Assembly: GCA_965247095.1 (NCBI GenBank)
Contig: OZ251997.1
Coordinates: forward strand, 2,595,689 to 2,659,688
Direction of reading: 5' to 3'
Source of the DNA: Candidatus Multivorans sp.
GTDB taxonomy: Bacteria > Acidobacteriota > Thermoanaerobaculia > Multivoradales > Multivoraceae
DNA: 64,000 nt
The notes under the pieces are model-generated. The model was not told the origin of the DNA. It did no database searches and worked only from the letters and a program-made list of their open reading frames with translations. Shown here piece by piece: positions 56,878 through 64,000 of this stretch (positions are counted from its first letter, which is position 1; each line of letters starts with the position of its first letter). The position numbers were made by a program, and so were the translations under genes.

Positions 56878-58053
56878 TTGACTCAACGCAGCCTGGGCCC
56901 CGCGCCCGGCAGTTCCTGGTTTGCCGGCCGCCGTATCGCCGGCTCACTCGCCGGCTCGGTGGCGGCCTTGCTGGCCATGGCAGCCCTCCCCGTGGCCGGG
57001 CAGTCTTCGCCCGGCTCGGAGAACCGCGTCGTGCTGCGGGTCAACGACCGCATCGCGACCCTCTACGACTACCAAAGGGCGGTCAACGAGGAGGTCGGCT
57101 TGATCCGGAGCGCTCTCGGACTGACCGAGCCGGAGCGGCAGGAGCGGATCGCCGACGCCGGCCGCTTCGTGATGAAGAGGCTGTTCGAGGAACTGCTGCT
57201 CATGTCGCGGGCGGACCAATTGGCTGTCGTGGTGGACGAGAGCGAAGTCGAGGACCAAATCCGCGCCACCAGGGAGCGTTTCGGGCTCGAGAGCGAGGAG
57301 CAGTTCCGTCAGGCTCTGGCGCAGCAGGGCATGCGGGAGGAGGACTTCCGGGCGCAGACCCGCAAGCGGTTGCGGTCCAACGTCGTCCGGGGCCGGGAGG
57401 TGGCGCCCCGGGTGGTGGTCGAAGATGAAGACATGCGACGGTTCTACCGCGACAACGAGGAGCGTTTCCGCATTCCGGAGCGGGCTCGCTTCGAGGAGGT
57501 CGTGGTTCTGGAGGGTGTGGTTCCAGCCGACCGCATGGCGCTGCTGGCGGCGCTGGCCCGTACGCGGTTGAGGGCCGGCGGTACGGCCGCGGAGGTGGCG
57601 GAAGGCCTTGGCGAAGGTGTGACGGCCGTCGATGTTGGATGGGTGACGGCCGGCGACCTGGCGCCCGCTCTCGATTCCGTTGCCTGGGAGCTCGATGTCG
57701 ACGGCGTCGGCGACGCGATCGCCGCCCGCGGCGGTCTGCATGTTCTGAAGATGCTGGAGCGAACGCCGGCGACGGTTCAGCCGTTCGAGGAGGTCCGCGA
57801 CGCGATCCAGCAGGAAGAGCGGAATCGACTGTTCTCCGAGGAGTACGACCTCTACCTGAGCGAACTCGCGGACGCCGCCTACGTTGTCGAACGGCTGCCG
57901 GAGGGGGCCGAGGGATATCGGCCTGTCGAGTCCCCTTCGCTCGACGGCGACGCGCTGGGGCTGCTCGCTCCGTTCGGTCGCGGCGTCCAGGCGCCGGATG
58001 TCGACGAGCCGTCCGGCGATACGGCCGAGGAGACCGACGGGCAACAACGCTGA
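56878..58053 (+). CDS. SurA N-terminal-domain periplasmic chaperone / PPIase-like protein
   Basis: Signal peptide; …VVLRVNDRIATLYDYQRAVNEE… SurA_N-like region; second parvulin-like region. Confidence 0.6.
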   Translation: MTQRSLGPAPGSSWFAGRRIAGSLAGSVAALLAMAALPVAGQSSPGSENRVVLRVNDRIATLYDYQRAVNEEVGLIRSALGLTEPERQERIADAGRFVMKRLFEELLLMSRADQLAVVVDESEVEDQIRATRERFGLESEEQFRQALAQQGMREEDFRAQTRKRLRSNVVRGREVAPRVVVEDEDMRRFYRDNEERFRIPERARFEEVVVLEGVVPADRMALLAALARTRLRAGGTAAEVAEGLGEGVTAVDVGWVTAGDLAPALDSVAWELDVDGVGDAIAARGGLHVLKMLERTPATVQPFEEVRDAIQQEERNRLFSEEYDLYLSELADAAYVVERLPEGAEGYRPVESPSLDGDALGLLAPFGRGVQAPDVDEPSGDTAEETDGQQR

Positions 58054-58296
58054 CGATCGGCCGGTCGGGGCCCCCGGAAGAGGGGCCTAGCCGTTCGTAG
58101 CAGGTCCTCGGGAGGTCTCTTCGTGGTTCCGGGGTTTGTTCCGGGGTTTTCCTCAATCCTCGCGTGGAGCAAAGTGGTCTGAAGTAGACAAGAATGGCCC
58201 AGAAGTGGTAACGTCGCGCGTCTGAGCGTCAGTTTGTGGGCACTACGCCCACTTCTTGTGGGTACCACACCCACCTGACTCTTCAGGTCGTGAGCG

Positions 58297-58770
58297 ATGT
58301 TTCGAGGGCATGCAGAAGCAAAGATCGACGCGAAGGGCCGCCTGAAGGTCCCGAGCGTGTTCCTGCGCCCGCTGCAGGAGCGTTTCGGTCCCGACATCTT
58401 CACCACTTCGCTGCACGGCGATTGCGCGTGGATCTACCCCCTGCGGCTCTGGGAGCTGGAGGAGCAGCGCATGGCCCGCCTGCCGGCCACCCACAGGCTG
58501 CGCCGCAAGTGGGAGTCCCGGGTCAGCTACTTCGGTCTCCAGAGCCGTCTCGATTCGCAGGGGCGGCTGATGGTCCCGGCGAAGTTGCGAGGACGCGCGG
58601 GCATCGAGGGCGAGGTTGTCATTTTCGGTCGCCCGGACCGCCTTGAGGTCTGGAACCTCGAGCGGATGGAGAACGACCTGGACTCGGAACCGTTCACGGA
58701 TGGCGAGTTGGACGAACTGACCGACGATCTCGAGGCGCTGGATGCGTCCGGCAACAGGGATGTCGACTGA
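58297..58770 (+). CDS. mraZ: transcriptional regulator MraZ
   Basis: MFRGHAEAKIDAKGRLKVPSVF… duplicated MraZ/SpoVT-AbrB repeats; first gene of the dcw cluster. Confidence 0.9.
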   Translation: MFRGHAEAKIDAKGRLKVPSVFLRPLQERFGPDIFTTSLHGDCAWIYPLRLWELEEQRMARLPATHRLRRKWESRVSYFGLQSRLDSQGRLMVPAKLRGRAGIEGEVVIFGRPDRLEVWNLERMENDLDSEPFTDGELDELTDDLEALDASGNRDVD

Positions 58771-59746
58771 TGTGGGCGGCGACGGTCAGAAGCCCCGGCA
58801 CCAGCCCGTCCTGGTCAGCGAGGCCCTGCGGTTCCTGGCGCCGGAACGCGGCGGTTGGTTCGTCGACTGCACGGTCGGTCTGGGCGGTCATGCCGCGGAA
58901 CTCCTTGGGCGCTTTCCCGGCGCGCGAGTGCTCGGCATCGACCGCGACGAGGAAGCCCTGGACCACGCCCGGCGCCGGCTGCGCGAGTTCGGTTCGCGGG
59001 TCCTCCTGGTGCACGGGAACTTCCATTCGATCGACGAAGTTCTCGCTGAGGTGGGGAGCGGGAAACCAGCGGGAATCCTCGCCGATCTCGGCGTTTCGTC
59101 GCTGCAACTCGACCAGCCGGAGCGGGGCTTCAGTTTCAGGCGCTCCGGCCCGCTCGACATGCGCATGGATCAATCGACTCGATCGGCAACCACGACTGCG
59201 AGGGACATCGTGAACCTGGAATCCCAGAGCGTGTTGGAGACCGTGCTCCGCGATTACGGCGAGGAGCGCCAAGCCCGCAAGATCGCGCGGGCGATCGTGG
59301 AGCGTCGTCGCCGCGGGCCGATCGAGACCACCGACGACCTGCGCGAACTGGTTCACGAGACGGTTGGGACGTCCAGGGTGAGGCGGGGCCGCGCGATGCC
59401 GGGAAGCCGGTCGATCGATGCCGCGACCAGGACGTTCCAGGCGCTTCGGATCGCCGTCAACGAGGAGTTGTCCGGGTTGGAGCCGGCCCTCGAACGAGCG
59501 GTGAATCTGCTCGAGCGGGACGGCCGGTTGGTCGTCATCTCGTACCACAGTCTGGAAGACCGGATCGTCAAGCACCGGCTCCGCGCCCACGCCGTGGGCG
59601 AGGTCGATCCGATCACCGGGCGCCCGCGCACCGAAACACGGCTGATCGAACTGATGACCAAGAAGCCGATCCGGCCGCAGCCGAGCGAGGTGGAGTACAA
59701 CCCCCGGTCGCGGTCCGCGCGGTTGCGCGCGGCCCGCAGGCTCTAG
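58760..59746 (+). CDS. rsmH: 16S rRNA (cytosine1402-N4)-methyltransferase RsmH
   Basis: …HQPVLVSEAL…VDCTVGLGGHA…ADLGVSSLQLDQPERGFSF… classic RsmH/MraW motifs; overlaps the mraZ 3' end. Confidence 0.9.
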   Translation: MSTDVGGDGQKPRHQPVLVSEALRFLAPERGGWFVDCTVGLGGHAAELLGRFPGARVLGIDRDEEALDHARRRLREFGSRVLLVHGNFHSIDEVLAEVGSGKPAGILADLGVSSLQLDQPERGFSFRRSGPLDMRMDQSTRSATTTARDIVNLESQSVLETVLRDYGEERQARKIARAIVERRRRGPIETTDDLRELVHETVGTSRVRRGRAMPGSRSIDAATRTFQALRIAVNEELSGLEPALERAVNLLERDGRLVVISYHSLEDRIVKHRLRAHAVGEVDPITGRPRTETRLIELMTKKPIRPQPSEVEYNPRSRSARLRAARRL

Positions 59747-59773
59747 CAGCGGCAGAGACGGGATCCGTGAACT

Positions 59774-60160
59774 GTGAAAACCGGTTACAGCGTCAGCAAG
59801 GAGATCACGAATCCCTTCCTCGTGCGCCAGCGGGATCCGGGCCGGCTCCGCGGCCTGTGGCGGCTGGTGGCGATCGTCCTGCCCTTCGCCGGCGCGGTGT
59901 TCGCGTACACCTGGGTACACGAACAGGGTCTGGAGGCCGGCTACCGGATCGAGCAGTTCGAACGGCGCCTGGAGGACCTGCTGCAGGAAGAACGCCTGCT
60001 CGAACTGGAGGCCACGCGGCTCGCGCGGCCTGAGCGGCTGAGGGCGCTGGCGCTGGAACAGCTCGGCATGGCGCCCCCGACGCTGGACCAGATGATCTTC
60101 CTGAGTTCGGAGAGCGCGTCCCTCGTCCAGGCCGGCATCGCGACGGAGGCGGCGCAGTGA
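59774..60160 (+). CDS. ftsL: cell division protein FtsL-like
   Basis: Small bitopic protein (TM WRLVAIVLPFAGAVFAY) plus coiled coil; GTG start; position between rsmH and ftsI. Confidence 0.65.
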   Translation: MKTGYSVSKEITNPFLVRQRDPGRLRGLWRLVAIVLPFAGAVFAYTWVHEQGLEAGYRIEQFERRLEDLLQEERLLELEATRLARPERLRALALEQLGMAPPTLDQMIFLSSESASLVQAGIATEAAQ

Positions 60161-61992
60161 ACGCCCTCGGACCCCGCGCCAGGGGCGCCCGGCGCCGCCA
60201 CCTCGGAAGGCTGTTGATCCTGACCACGGTCGCCGGCATCTGGATGGGCGCGATCGGTTGGCGGCTCTTCGATCTGCAGATTCTCGGCGCCGACTCGTAC
60301 CGGGAGAGCGCGGCGCGGCAGCAGCGCAGCGAGGTCGTCCTGAACCCCAAGCGCGGGACGATCTACGACTCGCGCGGCAGAACCATGGCGGTGTCGGTCG
60401 AGACCCGGACGCTCTATGCCGAAACCGCCAAGGTGGACGATCCGCCGACGCTGGCCGCCTACATTGCTCCGTTGGTGGGCCGCACCGAGGAACGGATCGA
60501 GGCGCTGCTGCAGAAGCCCGGGCACGTGCCGCTGGCGCGGAAGCTCGACCGCGCCCTGGCCGACGGCATCGACCTGTCCGCGTTCCCGGGCCTCTACTTC
60601 CTGGCCGAGAGCAAGCGCGAGTACCCGATGGGTTCGCTGATGGCTCATGTGCTTGGCTTCGTCGGTACGGACACCAGCCTCGCCGGTATCGAACTCAAGT
60701 ACGACGGCGAGGTCGCGGGTGAGTCGGTCAAAAGGCACGTACTCCGGGATGGCCAGCAGCGGTTGGTCGTCGTCGCCGGTTCGTTGGGCGAACCGAAGCC
60801 GGGGGCGGACCTCCACCTGACCATCGACGCGACGATCCAGCACCTGGCGGAGCGGGCCCTGCGGGAGACGATCGAGTGGTCGAAGGCCAAGGCCGGCAAC
60901 GTGGTGATTCTGGCGCCGGAGGATTCGGCGGTGCTGGCGATGGCCTCCTATCCGGCCTTCGACCCGAACCAGTTCGGCGACTTCGGTCCCGAGGAGCTCC
61001 GGAACAGGGCGATCCAGGATTCGTATGAGCCGGGCTCGACGTTCAAGACGATCACGGTGGCGGGAGCGTTCCAGCGGCAGGTTGTTCACGCCGACCAGAT
61101 CATGGATTGCGGCAATGGCCGGATTCGCGTCGGCAGGGCGCGGATCAAGGACCACAAGCCCTTTCCCGAACTCACCTTCCGCACGGCGATCGCCAAGTCG
61201 AGCAACGTCTGCGCGATCAAGGCAGGGCTCCTGGCCGGTGAGCAGACGATGCAGGACCTCGTGGCGGCCTTCGGGTTCGGCCAGACCACCGGCATCGACA
61301 TCGGTGGCGAGCATCCGGGCATCGTGCCGCTCCGGGTCTGGGATCGCGAAACGACAGCGTATGCCTCGTTCGGCTACGGCTTGGCGGTGACGCCCCTCCA
61401 GCTTGCGAACGCCTACGCGGCGGTTGCCAACGGCGGGGTGTGGAACCAGCCGTACATCGTGCGCTCCCTGGAGCGCGAAGGTGAGATCGTCGACCAGCGT
61501 CCCAAGGATCGCAGCCGGCGCGTGATCTCGAAGTCGACCGCGTACGAGGTCATCCGCCTGCTCGAGGAAGTGGTCGTGAGCGGCACCGGCCGCAAGGCCG
61601 CCATCGCCGGCTACCGCGTAGCCGGCAAGACGGGAACGGCCGAGAAGTCGGACTCGGAGGGCTACTCGGAGACCGGTCGCGTCGCTGGTTTCGTCGGTAT
61701 CGCTCCCGCCCGGGCGCCCCGACTGGTCTGTCTGGTGATGATCGACGAGCCGACCGTCGCCACCGGTGGCGGTGAAGTCGCGGCGCCGGCCTTCCAACGC
61801 ATCGTCAGCGAGGCGTTGTTCTACCTCGGTGCGACGCCTTCGCGGCAGCCGATGGGTTGGAGCCAGCCGGTGTGGCTGCGGCCGGCCGAGCCGGCGGACG
61901 TCAAGGTCGCCGACGCGGTCGCCGAAGAGGAGGTGAAGCAGGAGGACACGGGGACGGAAGGCGAGCTGTGGACGGCAAAGGCTTCGAGCTGA
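60157..61992 (+). CDS. ftsI: peptidoglycan D,D-transpeptidase FtsI (PBP3-like)
   Basis: 611-aa ORF; N-terminal TM, dimerisation domain, transpeptidase motifs STFK, SSN, KTGTA. Confidence 0.9.
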   Translation: MNALGPRARGARRRHLGRLLILTTVAGIWMGAIGWRLFDLQILGADSYRESAARQQRSEVVLNPKRGTIYDSRGRTMAVSVETRTLYAETAKVDDPPTLAAYIAPLVGRTEERIEALLQKPGHVPLARKLDRALADGIDLSAFPGLYFLAESKREYPMGSLMAHVLGFVGTDTSLAGIELKYDGEVAGESVKRHVLRDGQQRLVVVAGSLGEPKPGADLHLTIDATIQHLAERALRETIEWSKAKAGNVVILAPEDSAVLAMASYPAFDPNQFGDFGPEELRNRAIQDSYEPGSTFKTITVAGAFQRQVVHADQIMDCGNGRIRVGRARIKDHKPFPELTFRTAIAKSSNVCAIKAGLLAGEQTMQDLVAAFGFGQTTGIDIGGEHPGIVPLRVWDRETTAYASFGYGLAVTPLQLANAYAAVANGGVWNQPYIVRSLEREGEIVDQRPKDRSRRVISKSTAYEVIRLLEEVVVSGTGRKAAIAGYRVAGKTGTAEKSDSEGYSETGRVAGFVGIAPARAPRLVCLVMIDEPTVATGGGEVAAPAFQRIVSEALFYLGATPSRQPMGWSQPVWLRPAEPADVKVADAVAEEEVKQEDTGTEGELWTAKASS

Positions 61993-63539
61993 TGAGACTC
62001 GGCGACGCGATCGCCGACCTGCCGCTGCGGTCACCGCTGGGCCTTGCCGCCGCCGAGACGGAAGTCATGGGCGTTCAGCACGACTCCCGCCGGGTTGTGA
62101 GCGGCGATCTGTTCGTCGCCTGGCGAGGCGACCTCCACGACGGTCGTGTCTTCGCTCCGGACGCGGTGGCGCGCGGCGCCGCGGCGGTACTGGCCTTCGG
62201 CCCGCCGCCGGCCCCGCCGACCGTACCGTGGCTGGAGGTCGATGATCCCCGTGCCCGCATGGGGCGGGTGGCCGCGAGGCTCTACGGCCACCCGGAACGG
62301 GAACTTGTGACCGTCGGCGTCACCGGCACCAACGGCAAGAGCACGACGTCCCAGTTGATCGGCGCCTGTCTGACCCGGTCGGGTCGTTCCGCCGCAGTGG
62401 TCGGAACCCTCGGCCGCACGGTCCATCGGCCGGGTTCCGCGCCGGCGGCCTTCGAGCCCCTGAGCCGGGCGGCGGAGGACCGCACCACGCCGGAGAGCAG
62501 TGACCTGTTCCGGATGTTGCGCCGGGCCGTGGACCTGGGCGCGCGGTCGGCGGCGATCGAGGTCTCGTCCCACGCCCTCGACCAGGGTCGCATGAACGGC
62601 ATGAGGTTCGACGCCGCGGTGTTCACGAACCTGACCAGAGACCATCTCGATTACCACCCGTCGTTCGAGGCCTACTTTGCGGCCAAGCGCCGCCTGTTCT
62701 CCCTGCTCCGGCTCGAGGGCGCGGCGGTGCTCAACGTCGACGACGAGTACGGCCGTCGTCTGGCGTCGGAGCTCCAGGACAGCGGCAGGGTCGTGCGGTT
62801 CAGCGCCTCCGGACGCCGGGACGCCGAGGTGCGAGTGGTCCGCGCCGACCTCGATCTTGCCGGGATTCGCGCCGAGATCGAGACGCCCGCGGGCCTCATC
62901 GCCCTGAACAGCCCACTTCTCGGCCGGTTCAACCTCGAGAACCTGGCCGCGGCCGTGGCCGCGGCCGGGGCCCTCGGCGTCTCCGCCGAAGCCATTCGCG
63001 ACGCGGTAGCCGACCAGCCGCCGCTCTCCGGCCGGCTGGAGCCGGTGGAGCGTGGTCAGGAGTTTCCCGTTCTCGTCGACTACGCCCACACGGACGGGGG
63101 TCTGCGCGCGGCCCTGGCGGCGGTGCGCGAACTGAGCGACCGGCGCATTGCCGTCGTGTTCGGCTGCGGCGGCGACCGCGACCGCGGCAAGCGGGAGCTG
63201 ATGGGACGCGCGGCGGGAGAACTCGCGGATCTCGCGATCGTCACCGACGACAACCCGCGGAGCGAGGAACCGGCGCTTATTCATGCCGCGATCGTGGCTG
63301 GTCTCGAGGCGGCTCGGGGTTGTGCCTGGGAAGTCGTCGCGGGCCGGCGCGAGGCGATTCGGCGGGCCGTCTCGGTGGCGGCGGCGGCGCCGGGGTGGAC
63401 GGTCCTGGTTGCCGGCAAGGGCCACGAGGCGACGCAAACGATCGGTGCCCTCAAGGTGCCCTTTCGTGACCGCGATGAGTTGGAGTCGGCCCTGAACGCA
63501 CTGAACGGGGAGCTCGAGGGTGAGACGACCCCTTGCTGA
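61992..63539 (+). CDS. murE: UDP-N-acetylmuramoyl-L-alanyl-D-glutamate--2,6-diaminopimelate ligase MurE
   Basis: ATG overlaps the ftsI stop (ATGA); GVTGTNGKSTT P-loop, …DYAHTDGGLRAAL…, DNPRSE motif. Confidence 0.9.
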   Translation: MRLGDAIADLPLRSPLGLAAAETEVMGVQHDSRRVVSGDLFVAWRGDLHDGRVFAPDAVARGAAAVLAFGPPPAPPTVPWLEVDDPRARMGRVAARLYGHPERELVTVGVTGTNGKSTTSQLIGACLTRSGRSAAVVGTLGRTVHRPGSAPAAFEPLSRAAEDRTTPESSDLFRMLRRAVDLGARSAAIEVSSHALDQGRMNGMRFDAAVFTNLTRDHLDYHPSFEAYFAAKRRLFSLLRLEGAAVLNVDDEYGRRLASELQDSGRVVRFSASGRRDAEVRVVRADLDLAGIRAEIETPAGLIALNSPLLGRFNLENLAAAVAAAGALGVSAEAIRDAVADQPPLSGRLEPVERGQEFPVLVDYAHTDGGLRAALAAVRELSDRRIAVVFGCGGDRDRGKRELMGRAAGELADLAIVTDDNPRSEEPALIHAAIVAGLEAARGCAWEVVAGRREAIRRAVSVAAAAPGWTVLVAGKGHEATQTIGALKVPFRDRDELESALNALNGELEGETTPC

Positions 63540-63553
63540 TGCGGCCAGGATCA

Positions 63554-64000
63554 TGAACGGCTGCCTGATCGGAGAGGTTGACCCCGGCGCCTGTTACCAG
63601 GGCGGGGCGATCGACTCGCGCCGGATCGAGGGCGGCGAACTGTTCTTCGCGCTGCCCGGTGAGCGGACCGACGGCCATCGCTTCGTGGCCGACGCCCTGG
63701 CCGCGGGCGCAGCGGCCTCGGTGGTGGCGGTGCCGGTCGACCGGGCGGGGGGCCCCCAGATCCGGGTCGACGACGTGACGACTGCGCTCCACGATCTGAC
63801 CCGAGACCATCGCCGGCAGCTCAAGGCCCGGGTCGCGTCGGTCACCGGCTCGGCCGGCAAGACGACGACCAAGGATCTGCTGGCCCTGCTGCTCGGCGAA
63901 TGCTGGCGGGTTCACAAGAGTCCGGGCAATCTGAACAACCTTCTCGGCTTCCCGCTCACGCTGCTTGCCGTAGACGAGGACTGCGAGTGGTTGGTGGCTG
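63554..64000 (+). CDS. murF: UDP-N-acetylmuramoyl-tripeptide--D-alanyl-D-alanine ligase MurF, N-terminal part (continues beyond window)
   Basis: MNGCLIGEV…IDSRRIEGGELFFALPGERTDGHRFVADAL…VTGSAGKTTTKDLLA… typical MurF N-terminus and P-loop; no stop before window end. Confidence 0.8.

Overview
64 kb of high-GC (~68-70%) bacterial chromosome. Three sulfatases (two with Tat signals), a PVC-type heme-binding CxxCH protein plus dehydrogenase-domain plus ThuA operon, and a multiheme cytochrome-TPR / CRTAC1 gene pair suggest a planctomycete-, verrucomicrobium- or acidobacterium-like aquatic or symbiotic organism. The right end is conserved core: ftsB, mfd, PPIase/SurA-like genes and the dcw cluster mraZ-rsmH-ftsL-ftsI-murE-murF'. 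The left ~9 kb is a visibly AT-richer island next to an apparently intact IS3-family element. It carries a co-directional cassette of an AAA+ (DUF4143) ATPase, a GHKL/MORC-like ATPase, a cobalamin-type radical SAM enzyme with a translationally coupled 66-aa ORF, and a 776-aa DGQHR (DndB/ParB-like) protein ending in a HEPN Rx4H motif. I regard this as the best candidate for an undescribed defence or nucleic-acid-modification system. The middle of the window is a decay and rearrangement zone: chimeric or internally deleted ORFs (amidohydrolase, DUF885, DctQ::CRTAC1, M28::AKR, SSS-transporter tail), a partial AKR duplication, four toxin-antitoxin modules, an IS630 element, an IS21 element whose istA appears frameshifted, an rve-type IS, a 144-bp tandem repeat, and a ~35-45-bp hairpin repeat (REP/MITE-like) present in at least 8 copies, one lying in-frame inside the multiheme cytochrome gene. 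An initiator tRNA-Met is preceded by three degenerate 137-bp tandem copies of itself plus its terminator; the IS21 element has inserted into one copy with a 7-bp target duplication. Coordinates of repeats and IS ends were hand-counted and may be off by 1-2 nt.
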